Positions 1 to 14,375 of a DNA stretch of 64,000 nucleotides are shown piece by piece. The notes under the pieces are model-generated. The model ran no database searches. It had not been told where the DNA came from and worked only from the letters and a program-made list of their open reading frames with translations. Positions within the stretch are counted from its first letter, which is position 1. Each line of letters begins with the position of its first letter. Position numbers and translations under genes: made by a program. The stretch is from Chrysomallon squamiferum (lineage: Eukaryota; Animalia; Mollusca): contig CM022668.1 in NCBI GenBank assembly GCA_012295275.1, forward strand, positions 7,626,001 through 7,690,000, written 5' to 3'.

Positions 1-819
1 GTTCTTTTTTCTAGCAGTACACAAGAAATATTTTTTCTCCAGAATGCCAAAACAGCAAAAAGAAATGTATTCTAGGAATCAAGCCACAGGTAATTTTATG
101 CTTCGCTATGAGAAAGAATTCAACAGTTACGTAAGACTTCGTTTTTCATTTCTTTCACTTTTTTCTTTTCTCTTCTTTCTTTACAGTTATTCTTGTTTTT
201 TTTTTCTTTTTTTTTTTTTTCACTATCATCTGTTTCTCATAATGATAAAAATATTCGTCAGTTGTTTCGGTTAAAAAAAACCCAACATCTCAGACAAAAA
301 GAATGAAAAGAAAAGGGATAAACAGAGAGAAATGCAGTGGAGGTGTTTGTAAACAGCAGCTTCACTTTGAGTTTAATTCACTTACACAGGTGTGGATGGA
401 AACTTTAGATGTGCTAGAAAATTATCTTCACAGTTCGTCTGGGCAGGTTTTTACAAGAGCAGAAATCACTGGAAGTGCTAATAATAAGGTAAATGTTTTT
501 AATTAGGGTCGGGATAGTGGTGATGAAGAAAAAAGTGAAAATTTAAATATCTTGATGCAAGATCAGACACCATCTTGTTTTCATGTTATACTTTGCATGC
601 TGAGAGATTTGTCTCATTTTTTTATCTTCTGATAAAATATAAATTGGTTTAGAAAACAAAACAAACAACGAACAACTAAAACAAACAGCAAAAACAAAAG
701 AAAAATACCCCTAGAATTACTTGAACCAAACTGATGAGTTTTTGATTTTTTATCTTTCTTCAAAGCTTCAGCAACTTTCGTAGTTCTTGCATCAAAATGA
801 TAGTGTAGTTTCATAATCT

Positions 820-1175
820 GTTTTTGTAATGATATCAACTGAATCTGATAACATATGATAAACTCTAGTAATATACAACAGACTCTGATAAGATACAACA
901 AACTCTGACAAGATATAACTAAACTCTAGTAAATATAGCAAGCTCTAATAAATATAACAGTCTGATAAGATCTGACAGTCTTCTGATATGATATCAGAAA
1001 CTCTAGAAAAATATAGCAATTTCTGATAAGTTACAACAAGCCCTGGTAAGATATGACAAAGTCTAGTAACATATAACAACTGTAATAACATATAACAATT
1101 TGTAATAACATATGACACATTATAAAAACATATGTCAACTTGTAATAATATATGACAATCTGTAATAACATATGC
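820..1175. repeat. Degenerate ~20-bp tandem repeat (CTCTGATAAGATATAACAA-like)
   Basis: Repeated CTGATAA/CTAGTAA/TGTAATAA + CATAT(G/A)ACAA units. Confidence 0.8.
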
Positions 1176-2679
1176 CAGCCTCTGTTAACTCGTTTTGCTC
1201 TCATTTATTGATTACATAATGTCACAGTTCACTAGAGCGTTTCTGTAATTATCACATTTTCTCTCAAAATATAATCTAAATGTCATCTGTCCAAAGGAAT
1301 AATGTATCTCCTGCTTTTTATAGATCTGCTATTAAAACAAGTAAAAATAAAATATAAAATTCTTTGCTTCTTTCACCATGTAACATCTTTTACATATTCT
1401 CATTCATTTTTTGTTTCCTCAGAGAATACCTTTCAGATTACAAAATGTCTTTTTTATTATTCTTACTTTCATTTTGTTTATTTTTTCAAAAGGACAGTTG
1501 TTGATGTTTATCAGAGAAAAGAGCTTTTTACTTTTTTGTTACTTTTTTTTTTAATATAAAAATGTGGGTTATGATAAATAAACTGAATTATGAAATCTTG
1601 TTTTCTGGCTAAGTAGAATATTAATTCATAAAAAAATATGCATATAATCATTCTTTGCAAAATGCAAAAAAAAAAAAAAAAGAAGAAGATTATTTATGGT
1701 ATTTTCTTGGGATTATTCTTTTTTTTATTAAAAATGTTTAAATACATTTTCAGTTTCTTGGCACCAGTATAAATTATTAAATCACATTATCTATTATTTA
1801 TCTATGGAAATAATTGTAAGAATGATTAAATCATGTTTTTATGTCTCTAGAAATGAGAATAATTATGATTAAAAATTCTCTCTATATTTTATGTCTACGG
1901 AAATGACAAAAAAAATGGAAGAAGAATGTAAAAAGATTAAATATGTTCTGTATATCATAGTTACTGATATAACAGCAGCATGGTTATCATATTAAAGCTT
2001 CATGGGTACAAAATGATTTAATAATGATAAAATCATACTCTCTAAGTGAAGATGATTATCAAAAATGATTAAATCATAACCACGAGTTATAAAATGATCA
2101 CAAAAATTATTAAGTCATTTTCTCTATAATGATTAAATTACACCAATGATGAAATAAAATGATATGAGAAAATGAGAAAATGATTAGGAAAATGATGATT
2201 GCATCATGCTCTCTGTACAACAATGAAAACAAAAACAAAGCTGATGAAACAATTTTTCTTTGGAAATTCGTTACATTTGACCAGTCACTATTAGCCATAT
2301 TGTTTTCATTTCACCATGACTATGAATAAACATGACCACCAAGACATCCAGGCTCATAAATATTCATGTCTAATCACTCCATATTAAATATCGAATAGTG
2401 AGCAACAACCCAATCTACAGAAGATTGACGATTTACGACAACATCGACGGGATCATTTTTTTTTTTTTTATGTCCCAGCAGCCAAAGTTCAATAACCAGA
2501 AGTGCAACATCAGTGCCGATGTTGTAAAGTGGTTGCATTATGTTGCAATTACAAGTGATTGGGTGTGTTATAAAATCCACGACTGATCTGAGTGCAGATT
2601 AGCTCAGATGTTGTCTTTTATTAGCTCATTTGTGAACAATAGCTGTACACTGATAGATCTGTGTTTGTCAAAAATAACA

Positions 2680-2885
2680 GTAATAAACAGTAATAATAAT
2701 AATAATAATAATAGTAATAATAATATAATAATAATAATAATAATAATAACAATAATAATAATAGTAATAATAATGATAAAAATAATAATGATAATGATAA
2801 TGATAACAACGATAACAATAATAATAATATCAATAATAACAATAAGAACAATAATAATAACAGTAATAATAATAATAATAATAAA
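2680..2885. repeat. (AAT)n compound microsatellite
   Basis: Direct reading. Confidence 0.97.
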
Positions 2886-3429
2886 AAGAATAAGAAGAAC
2901 AAAAAAATAATTCACTGAGAAAATAAAAATAAAAAATATTAATTAACTTTTATCCCAAACTAAACCAATTCAAAATCAAATTAAATATCAAAATAAAATA
3001 TAAAATTTCTAAAAATCTCCTTTTTAAAAAAAAATAAACTATTTCTTCTCTCCATTTCACTCTCAATCCCTCCCATTTATTTTCTCACCACTGCAACAAT
3101 AAACCATTAAAAGTCTTTTCCAAAGTCACCTTAACAAGAGAGCAAACATCTCATGTCTGCTGAGAGCAGGAAGAAGCAAAGGATTATGGGTACTCAGTGT
3201 CACTTGTTCAGTGTAGATTACCTCTGTTTGGAGTAAGAAGGGGACTGAAGAGGCTAACAGTTCTCATAAGCTGGCTTTTTCTTCGCAGAGATCTTTGTTG
3301 CCAAGGATATGATGTCATAATGGCTGCTACAGAGTTATCGAGATGGCAACAATAACAAGAGCAAAGGAGAGAAATGAAAAACAAGTACATTTTGTGTACA
3401 AGCTTTGTGAGGCTGTAATTGTGCTGGAC

Positions 3430-3820
3430 TGTCAGTTAAATGTGACAGCTCACCAGGTGGTGTTAGGGTTAAAAGTGATAATACCAGAGATTGTAATAAA
3501 TGTTAAAAGTGACAGGGTACAATAGACTGAATGGTAAATATGTTAAATGTGACACAGTACCAGATGGTAGGAATGTTAAATGTGATATGTACCAGATGGT
3601 ATCAGTATTAAAAGTGACAGTATACCAGAATGATATGTGTTAAATATACCAAATTAAATGTGGTAATACACTAGATGGTATGTATAATAAATGTAATAAT
3701 ATATCAGATGGTGTGTATGTTAAAAGTGACACTATACCACAGTATGAATGTCAAACATAACAACATAGCAAATGGCTATGAAAGTTAAAAGTGATGATAT
3801 TATTAGTTTAAATAAAATGT
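3430..3820. repeat. Degenerate ~30-35-bp tandem repeat (GTTAAA(A/T)GTGACAG.TACCAGATGGT)
   Basis: About 10 diverged units of TTAAA(A/T)GTGA...ACCAGA. Confidence 0.8.
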
Positions 3821-3868
3821 GAAATATATCTTTCTACAAAGAAAAAAATCTGACTTTACATTAAAAAT

Positions 3869-3900
<32 letters not shown>

Positions 3901-4439
3901 GTACTTAAATATATACACATACACAGGTACACAAACACATTCATACAGTATATACATGAACTATCAACAATAAAATTAATTCACCACTAACAATACATTT
4001 GACCTTCCTCTGAAATTATTTTTTCCAATAATACTTCTGTGTATGATTATTTATCTACAATCTGTGTATTTCAGAAACAGATGTGTTCTCATATACAACA
4101 CAGTTTCACAGAAATCATTAAGTATTATGTAAGTCATTTTATCCTTGAAATCTGGCTAAAATGGTTTAAAACATGAAATTCACAAATGATGAATGATACA
4201 GGTTAGGTTAACAAAACTTCTGCAATCATTTTTGATGGGTAATAAAAAAATATATAAATATATTATGTTATCTGTTAATAAAATGTATTAGAATAAAAAA
4301 TAAATTTTTGTTTACATCTTGGACTAATAATTGTACTTCTTCCAAAAAAACAACTAATAAAGTTTTTAGATAACACTGTCTATTCTGTATGTAATGATGT
4401 TACATTCCATTGTTGTTTATACTTTATTATTAATAAAGC

Positions 4440-5095
4440 TTTGACAGCAATAAATAAATAAAACATAACTTGGAAAAATATGCATAATATACTGAGATCA
4501 TTTCTTCATAGTGTCAAATATAAACTTTTATGTTTTAATAAACTGTACACAGTAATATATTTAACTATTTCTTTGTCTACACAAAGATACATTTGTATGT
4601 TTTAAAATACTCTACATAATATATTCAAACTGTTTCTTCAAACTGGCAAAGTTAAATTCTCTATAAAATACATACATAATACATTTAGACTGTTTCATCA
4701 TTTTACCAGAATTCACATCTTATATTTTAAAATTCTGTGCTTAGTGTATTAAGAGATTGTTTCTTCAAATTACCAAAACTATGTTTTAAAATACTATACA
4801 TCATGTTATAGTTATCTTATATCCACCAACAAAAACACTTCTGTTTTAAAACACTGAACACACTATATTTACAATGTTTCTTCAAATTACCAAAAGATGC
4901 TCTTTAATGTTTTAAAACAGTGTATGTAATATATTTAAACTATTTCTTAGTACATCCAAAAATAAACTAATGTGTTTTAAGAAAACTGTACAGTAAACTA
5001 CTTCTTAATATTATCAAAAATATGTTACTATGGTTAATACATCTAGATTATTTCTATATTACCAAATATGCACTTTAATGCTTTAAAATACTCGA
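4440..5095. repeat. Degenerate ~55-60-bp tandem repeat
   Basis: Recurrent TGTTTTAAAA.ACT.TACA..ATATATTTAAACT.TTTCTTCAAATTACCAAAA. Confidence 0.7.
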
Positions 5096-5232
5096 AGATG
5101 AGGTACCTTCATAGTCACTAAATGATTGATTGTGTATGTGTGTGTGTGTATGTGTGTAACACTCTGAAATGAAGAAACACAATACATACAGTTGTCAGCA
5201 CAGACTAAAATCAATCACATCAGCAGAGCAGT

Positions 5233-5266
5233 ACTTACCTGCAAAAAAAGAAAAACATTTATTAGT
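5233..5266 (-). other. Candidate recursive splice site (ratchet point) 2
   Basis: Minus strand reads ACTAATAAATGTTTTTCTTTTTTTGCAG|GTAAGTAC: CTAAT branch motif, pyrimidine tract, AG (5240-5239) abutting GTAAGT (5238-5233). Lies 12.2 kb downstream of the exon B donor. Confidence 0.7.
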
Positions 5267-6131
5267 TTTAAATATTTCAAAAATAGTTTAGGTAGACTGT
5301 AGAAAATAATGAGATAATGACAATGATGATGATGATGATGATGGTGATAATAGTAATGATGAATATCATGATAATGATTATAGTGATGGTGATTGATGAC
5401 AATTTCATGATGATGATATAATTATAATGATAATGATAAATGATTATGATAATAATGATGATTACAATAATGATTATGATAATGATGATTACAATAATGA
5501 TTATGATAATAATGATGATTACAATAATGATTATGAAGATGACTGATGAAAATTTGATAATAATGATAATGATGATGAAGATAATGACAACATTAATGAT
5601 CGTGGTGATGATGATAATAATAATATGATTATGATAGTATACACCTACTAATTAGATAATAAATTTAATTACTCAAAGAAAATGATTTTATGATGATAAC
5701 CAATACTGCCATCATCATCACCACCATCACCATCATCATCATCATCATCAATTTCATCATTATTATCACCTCTATCACCTAACTAATTCAACTCAAATCA
5801 AAAACGGTCTGGCACCATAAAATAAATTCACAGCCGTACACTAATGAACCTGTATTCTATAAACAGTTTATACACCCTCCCCAGGTATTTTCAGTATCTC
5901 ACACCTCTAATGCAGTTACAACAGTTAGATTGGTAATTTAAAAACTGCACCACGAACCAGGGTCTGGGCAGAGCTGTCTGAATGGTTTCGGGCGATACAG
6001 AAGCAATCACAAAGACGGTTTTTGAATGAAATTAAATTTACAGTCGCTAAGTAGTAATGGAAATGCTACAAGCACGTTAATTCCAGTTTACATCTCTCTG
6101 TGTTTTAATGTGCTTAGTGCGGTTAGGTGTC

Positions 6132-6136
<5 letters not shown>

Positions 6137-6221
<85 letters not shown>

Positions 6222-6617
6222 TCATCTGTCTGTGTGTGTGTGTGTCTGTGTGTGTGTGTTTGTGTGTGTTCATCTGTGTGTGTGTGTTTGTTCATCTGTG
6301 TGTGTGTGTGTGTGTGTGAGTATCTGTGTGTGTGTGTATTCATCTGTGTGTGTGTGTGTGTGTCTGTGTGTGTGTGTTTGTGTGTGTTCATCTGTGTGTG
6401 TGTGTTTGTTCATCTGTGTGTGTGTGTGTGTGTGTGTGTTACTATAGACACAGATTTAGTAATATAATAAAAGATATACAACTGTACACTCTCTAACAAA
6501 CAAACAGATGCATATACACATTTTATACACATTCACACATACACAGACAATTAGTATGAAAACAGATATAGAATAAATGATGTACAGATAAATACTTTCT
6601 AACCAATATGCATATAG

Positions 6618-6669
<52 letters not shown>
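6137..6669. repeat. (TG)n array with periodic TTCATC interruptions, followed by an opposing (CA)n tract
   Basis: Direct reading: TG tract 6137-6438, CA tract 6618-6669. Confidence 0.95.
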
Positions 6670-6672
<3 letters not shown>

Positions 6673-7214
6673 TACACACATTTTCACAACTATCCTCAAT
6701 TCTGACAATCAGTCATTCATTTACATTCATGTATACACACAATAATCCATTCATAGGAAGAAACATAAACATACATATACATTATTTTATAAGTATACAC
6801 ACATAAAGACACACATGTACACACACATACACAAACAAACACACATACACAAACACAAAGAAACACATCAAATACTTCTAAAACGAAAAACAATAAGCAT
6901 ATTTTTACATTAAAACACCCATTACAAACATAAATTTCTGTATCTACAAACAACAGTTTGAGTACACACACACACATCACATGTTAGTATACACACACAC
7001 ATCACATGTTAAATACTTCTGTAAAAGTGCACACAGAGTAAGTAGAGTAGTTTACAGTTTGATGAAATTAGTTCTGACAGATGAACAACACCCACACAGA
7101 AGTACTGTATACAAAACACAGAGAAATTATCTTTGATGGCAGCCATGTTGTCAAATACCAGGCAGTACAGGAATAACTACAAAATGAAAGAATAAGTAAA
7201 TAAACAAATTATGA

Positions 7215-7291
<77 letters not shown>

Positions 7292-8184
7292 TATGATAAA
7301 TAACAAATGAATAGATATATTAGTAAAAGAAACCACTACATAACTGGTAAAAATAACTATAAACAATTGGTTAAAATGATAACCCCACAGAAGTACCAAA
7401 ACTAACCAGAATAATAAAAAATCAACTGATAGTGAGTGTGTGAGCATTTTAAAAATTTTTTTTTTTTACAAATATTTGTTAATGTCCATGCAGTGAATAA
7501 CAACACAGGACAAAAAAAAAAAAAAAAAAAATACCACACATTTAATTCTGACATTTTAAAAAAGAGATAAAATATGGAAATATGGCATGCCAAACACTCA
7601 CTGCTTTATTATTTTTTTTTTTTTTCATGTCTGGGATTCTTAAAAACACAGCCACTATGGCTTCAGCTAGATCTGGCTTCGGAATTGATTAGCAATTAAA
7701 AGCAAAGATGCTTTCCCTTGAGACTTACAGCATCCCCTACCATAGCGTGATATATCTGTGTTTATAACACGTCTTCACTTATGTCCAAGGTAAATATGTC
7801 ATTGGATGCATATCTGAGGCTCTGCTAATGGGAATGAGACATAAATGTGTGTTACTGGGTTGTAAGAGAGAAGATGGATACATCCTCTAGATGGCAGTTT
7901 ATAAAAAAAAAAAAAAGCAAATAGGTTTGTTTTTTGTTATAGGGATTTGGTAATATGGTCTGTTTAAGATTACATAATTTATTTTTTTACTTAGCTAGAG
8001 AAAGATAATATTAGAGAAGAGAAAGAGAGAAAGATTAGAGGGAGACAGGAAAATAGAGAGGGATAGAATTTGGGTAGAGAAAGAAAAACAGAGAGAAAAA
8101 GAGAAAAAGGGAGGAGGGAGGGGGAAGAGAGAGGGAGAGAGAGAAGAAAAAAGAAAAACAGAGTGAAATAGAGAGGGTAGAGAG

Positions 8185-8319
<135 letters not shown>

Positions 8320-9207
8320 AGGAGAGCATTAAAGAGAAAATGTGAGAGAGATTGACACCAAGAAAGAAACAATGTAAAGAGGGGAGAGAGAAAAAGAGAA
8401 AAAGAAGACAGACAGATAACAGTATAAAACTTCTTTCACTTTTGTCCATTTATAACTAGTTTATAATTTACAATCTCTAATACTTATATATATATAACAC
8501 AAATTTATCATAATATAGACACTAATACATATTTATTAAAATATATATTTATCATCATATATATATATATATATATTATACACACACACTCACACACACA
8601 GACAGACCTATTCATAGTTATCATAATGTATATTTCAATACTATTTTTCATAATACACATACTAATGCATGTTTATGATAATCTGTATTCAAGTATTACA
8701 TATTTATCATAATACACAGAGTAGTAACAGCTATAGCCTGACAGCCAGTGATAACTCAGAGTGGTGACTGGAATCTCTGCAGCTTGATGCTTTGGCTTTG
8801 CTTGAAGAAATTAAAGAAATTTATTCTTTTGCCACCCACTCAGGAATCATGCAAGAGAAACATTTTTCTTCCAGTTAATCTTCAATTTCCCTCTGTCGAT
8901 GAGCTTTTCAGCATTCTGTGAGTTACTTGATGAGGCAGACTGCTTCTCAAACACACTGGAATTCACTGGGTCACTGGATCAATACCCATTATAGGTGATT
9001 TTTTTCCGGTTCCAGCCAGTGCTGTAGAACTGTTTATGAATTGCTGAGGTAGCATAATTAATTCAGAAAAAAAGAAAAAAGAGAAAAAAAAAAAAAGGAA
9101 AGAAAAAAGGAAGTGTCTTTAAAAGTGATATGTTCACTCTTTTTATAGTAAATCATTTAATTTCTAGTACCAAATAATATGTGTGTGTATTTGTGCGTGT
9201 GGGTGTG

Positions 9208-9251
<44 letters not shown>

Positions 9252-9592
9252 AATATCTATATATTATGGATGGTTGGATAGATGTACAGAGATATATAAA
9301 TGTATGTATGTTAACATGCATCTGCATGTGTGTATGTGTGTGTCTGTGTGTGCATGCATGCATGAATGTATGTTATTTAATTCAAGAAATGTGGAATATA
9401 TTGTGGCCATACTGAATTTGAAGTGATGATGTTTAACTTAGACAGGAACTTTCCAATTATAAAACATTTGTATCTGAACAGCCTCACACTCATTACAAAA
9501 CATAATCATTAAAAATAATTTCATAATCTCACCATCAAGAAAACCTTGAACATTTTAACAAAATCACACACACACACACATTAACACACAAC

Positions 9593-9624
<32 letters not shown>

Positions 9625-9815
9625 CACACAATAACACACACACACACAAAACACACACACACACAATATAATATAATATTAACAATATCAAATAGCAGAA
9701 ATCTATAGTATTTAATGTGTATTTCTTATATATGGATGTTTATTTATTGTATATAAACTGAACATCACTGTGGATACATAATGCAGTATTCCATGCATTG
9801 TTAGTAACATTTTAA

Positions 9816-9865
<50 letters not shown>

Positions 9866-9955
9866 ATATACACAACAGAAATGTAGCTATATATACACAT
9901 ACATAAAATTGGTTACTATATATATATATATATAAACACATAAATATATAAAATA

Positions 9956-10046
<91 letters not shown>

Positions 10047-10376
10047 TACATATATATGTATATTTATTTATTTAAAGGTAAGATACATTACTATATAACA
10101 TATAACACAAAGACTAGCTGTTATAGCACTGTGTGTTTCTAACATATTCATTATTCGACATATTACCCAGTGTATTGTGTGTTTTGTGTGTAATATCAGT
10201 TTTATCATTATGAGGGGCAATAAAGCTCACCATACAGAACATTAACAGGTCACTTCAACTCAATGAACCAGTTAGGTTAATTATGTCTCTGTTTGTGTCT
10301 CATGACTGAGTACCAAAAGACTATGTATGCATTTTTTCAAACCTGCAATTATATTACACTAGTGTAAATACACCAC

Positions 10377-10407
10377 AGGTCAGAGAGGTCACAGGTCACC
10401 GAGGTCA
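10377..10407 (+). promoter_or_regulatory. Four direct AGGTCA nuclear-receptor half sites (DR3-DR1-DR3)
   Basis: AGGTCA at 10377, 10386, 10393 and 10402 within a non-repetitive island; function inferred from the motif only. Confidence 0.45.
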
Positions 10408-11204
10408 GATAATTAGACTGAAGCAGGGAGATATTGGGTTCAAGTTACCACAATGGTATGTAACCTGTGTAATTAGTAAGTGTTGGCTTATTTAAGTAAT
10501 TGTGACGTAAAGTATAAACACCAGGCCTAATTATCTCATGTATTTCATTTATTCATGAATATTATATTTCTGTATGAGCTGGGACAGTGTGTGATTTGTA
10601 AATGTCATGGGTAATATTTTATTTATTTATGTTTGGTGAGAATATTTTAGTTATCAAGGAGTAATATTTAATTTATTTATGGGTGGTAATATCATATCAT
10701 TTTTAAATGTCATGGTAACATTTGTTTTATTTATGAGTGGCTTTGTCATATGACTTTTAATTATCTTGGGTAAAATTTCATTTATTTAAAAATATATTTT
10801 ATTTGATATTTAATTGTCTTTGTTTTTAATGATGCCATCATATGATTTTTTAACTGTTATGGGTAACATTTCATTGTTTATTAGTAATGTCAGCAAATGA
10901 TTTTTAACTATTATGAGTAATATTTTATTATCTGCATGATTTTGAAACTGTTATTATCTGTCAATTATATCATTATATTGAAAATACTCAGAATTTTAGG
11001 TTTCTTTACAGTTCAGTCTTTTAAGACTATTTGTGTTTACTGTCTATTCGTTTTTGTATTTGTTCAGATTTATAATTATTATTCATATTTGACAAATGAA
11101 TATTTTGGAATTTAGTAAATTATGTGTATAAATAGATTAAACAGATTTTTGTATTCTTTTTAACTTTTCTTTTTTCACTGGTTACTAGAATTTGCAAATA
11201 ATAA

Positions 11205-11520
11205 AGTATGTCATTTAAAAGAACAAGCTTAGGTTCCATTATTTGTATACTTCCACAGTTATCTCCCTTTCTTTTCTCACTTTTAACATCTTATCAAATT
11301 ATCTAAATACACTAAAATGGACATCTAAAACAACAAGCTTATGATCCAGCAAAAGTACACTCCCAAAGTTGTCTCCCTTTTAACATCAAATTATCTAAAT
11401 ACAATAAAATGGCCATTTTAGAAAACAAGCTTATGTTTCCATCAAAAGTACATTTCCACAGTTTTCTCCCTTCCTTTTATTCCTTTTTGACATCTTGTCA
11501 AATCATCTAAACAGCCAAAA
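11205..11520. repeat. Three diverged tandem copies of a ~100-bp unit
   Basis: ACAAGCTTA...CCACAGTT.TCTCCCTT...ACATC..TCAAATTATCTAAA near 11223, 11333 and 11425. Confidence 0.8.
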
Positions 11521-12324
11521 GTGACCAATCATTTGAGGTTAATAACCTTTTGAATTTCCTACCTCCACGGTAAGAAGATGACATCGGGGATAACTCTGTA
11601 ACTGACTGGAATATCTATATTCATTGGCTGATAAACCCCACTCTCCTTTCCTCATTACTCTCTCTGACAGATCTGCTATGTAAGTAAACCGAGACTTTGA
11701 AAGAAAGTCAGGAATTAAGCTTCAATTTCTTCCAGCTAGTCCTGCAGCTTGATCTCCTCCTGTTCTGTGTGTCTCCCCAATTAATCCTCTCAGCAGAAAC
11801 CCTCTGCACAGTGTTATAAACAGACTGATTGCTTGTGACAGTGTTTTGAAGAAAAACATTGCACTTTGATTGCCACCTATTACTTTGTGCTGATATCACT
11901 GACCACTTTATGCTGGCTGTATGGAAAGTATGATTCGGTTCTTGAAAGACAATTATCTGAAGATTTTTTTTTCGTCATCTTCAAATTAACCTTTTCAGAT
12001 ACAGGATTTCCAAGTTGTAATAAAAATTCGTAGATTATTTGTGTATCGTCTGATATTAGGAAAATTCTTCATCTGTATATTAACCTTCAAGGTATGTGAT
12101 TTTGAAGATGTAGTAAAAGTTTGTAGAAATGTTGTTTTTTTTTTTTCAAAGGTTATTTGTGGATGTTATTGGAATATTTTTCATTTGATTTATTTTTGCT
12201 ATTTATTTGCAAATTACTTTTTGTTATTACAACAAAATGAATGCAGCTTTCCAAGAAAAAAAAAAAAAATAAAGAAGAAATATTATGATATGGAGATTTT
12301 ACCCAAGGTTTGATAATGAATGGA

Positions 12325-12325
12325 G

Positions 12326-12387
<62 letters not shown>

Positions 12388-12459
12388 AAAATAAAAAAAG
12401 ACAAGAAGCCTAGATACTTTTAAAATTAATACTTATTATTATTACTATTATTATTATTA

Positions 12460-12528
<69 letters not shown>
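12325..12528. repeat. Poly-A run (~60 nt) followed by (TTA)n
   Basis: Direct reading. Confidence 0.95.
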
Positions 12529-12531
<3 letters not shown>

Positions 12532-13047
12532 TTCTGAAAATAACTAATTCCTTTCTTGATTTGTGGAAAGACAAACTGCCACTTAATTCATGGCTACTTA
12601 GTCTTTTGTTGTCATTTGTACCAGTCAAATTGGAAAGTAAAAAATGTATTATTTAATGCAGACTTCAATGACTTCTTTATATGTATTTAAATAAATCTAT
12701 ATAATCTTTTATTGTTGTTGTTGTTGTTGTTATTATTATTATTAGTAGTAGTAGTAGTAGTAGTTGTTGTTGTATTAGTATTAGTAATAATAGTATGAGA
12801 AAATAACAGGAGAAGTTGTAATAAAAACAAAGTAAATAATAATAATAATCAACAAATTCACATTTCACAATGTCATAAAAAAAACCTTGCATTTAATATT
12901 AATATTAATAGTCATTAATTTATAAATCATTAGATATCTAGATACTGTTTAATTAAATCTTAGTAATTAAATAATATTAAATGTCTGTTTAAAACTAATA
13001 ATGATAATATAATAAATAATAAAAAATAATAATAATAATAATAATAA

Positions 13048-13078
<31 letters not shown>

Positions 13079-14299
13079 AAGAAGAAGAAGAAGAAGAATA
13101 ACAACAATAATTACAATATTTGATTATATATAAATAATCATAATAATTATAAATAAATGAATAAACAAATTTCTACAAGTATAGCGTTTTAATTTTAAAC
13201 TAGTCAGTAAAAAATATCACCACAGACTGAGTTATGAATAAAACCACTATTAATTTGCATGTATTTTTTCTTAGCAGAATGAGGTAAAAAATATTATCAA
13301 ACTGAAATTCCAGATGATAAATTAGATTAAAGGAATGAAAAAAGGTTTCAAAATCATAAATTTCAGTTCTCAAAACAAAACAAAACAAAAAAAAAAAAAA
13401 AAAAAAAGAAACAAAAAAAAAAAGAAAGAAAGAAATGGAATGAAAACTTTATAAATATGTTTGCTTTCAGATATATACTGGTATCTAAAAGGTCAAAGAG
13501 CTTTAGAAGACTGAGTCCACTTAAACCAGTTTTAAGTAATTGCATTTTTAAATTGTTTCTATTTAAATTGTTGATGACACAGAAGAAGTAAAATATATAT
13601 CCAGATTACTAAAAATGATATGTGTAAGTGTTTTCATATTTAACTTATTTAAGAAATATAAATGTACATTCTATAACACACCTAATGTTTATGGAAATAT
13701 ACGTAATAAAATCTATACTTATATACATACTTTCACACACAAACACATTAAAAAATAAATAAATATGTATGTATATATATATATATATGTATATATGTAT
13801 ATATATACATATATGCTAACAAAGAGATACATACACACAAATACACAGATATAGACACAGACACACACACACACAAATACACATTCACAGACATAAACAC
13901 ACAAATATATACATAGATGGTTCCATATTTGAATAGTAACATCACTGTACAAAATATATATTTATAATTTGTGTCTTTTTTATTTTTAAAATCTAAATTA
14001 GAAAACAACAACCAAAACCCCTCAAAAGATAAACAAAATCAAACTAGAAACTACAATAATAATGTCACTATGCATAAAAAATATATAACTTTTTAATTTT
14101 ATTATATTTTTTTAAATTGTAGTAATGTCACTATACTTTGTCAACCAAATTCAAGACTGTTTACATCAAGTAGATGTTCAAGCACCTCTGACATGGGCGT
14201 ATAACCACGACCTTTGTTCTCTGCCAAAACAGTATTAGTATGTAAAAGAGTTAGTAAGTAAAAAGAATGAACCAATAGTTTTACTCTTCCCTTATTACA

Positions 14300-14375
14300 A
14301 CATATGAATCCAGTAACAAGATTTGAACCTAGAACCTGCCAGTCACAAGATCACTGACTTAACCACATAAAGCTA
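14300..14375 (-). mobile_element. Degenerate tRNA-derived SINE head fragment
   Basis: Minus strand TAGCTTTATGTGGTTAAGTCAGTGATCTTGTGACTGGCAGGTTCTAGGTTCAAATCTTG has an A-box-like start (14375-14361) and a B-box GGTTCAAATC (14329-14320) at tRNA-like spacing. No complete cloverleaf is evident. Confidence 0.55.

Noticed and set aside
2398-2586. Plus-strand ORF/exon after poly-T (…CCCAG|CAGCCAAAG…)
   Set aside because: No recognisable protein similarity, no clear donor, and antisense to the inferred gene.
11708-11899. Minus-strand ORF MISAQSNRW as an internal exon
   Set aside because: No flanking splice sites, non-ATG start and no recognisable domain; probably a non-coding island.
14300-14375. 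Functional tRNA gene
   Set aside because: A/B-box-like motifs are present but the acceptor and anticodon stems do not pair convincingly; treated as a SINE remnant.
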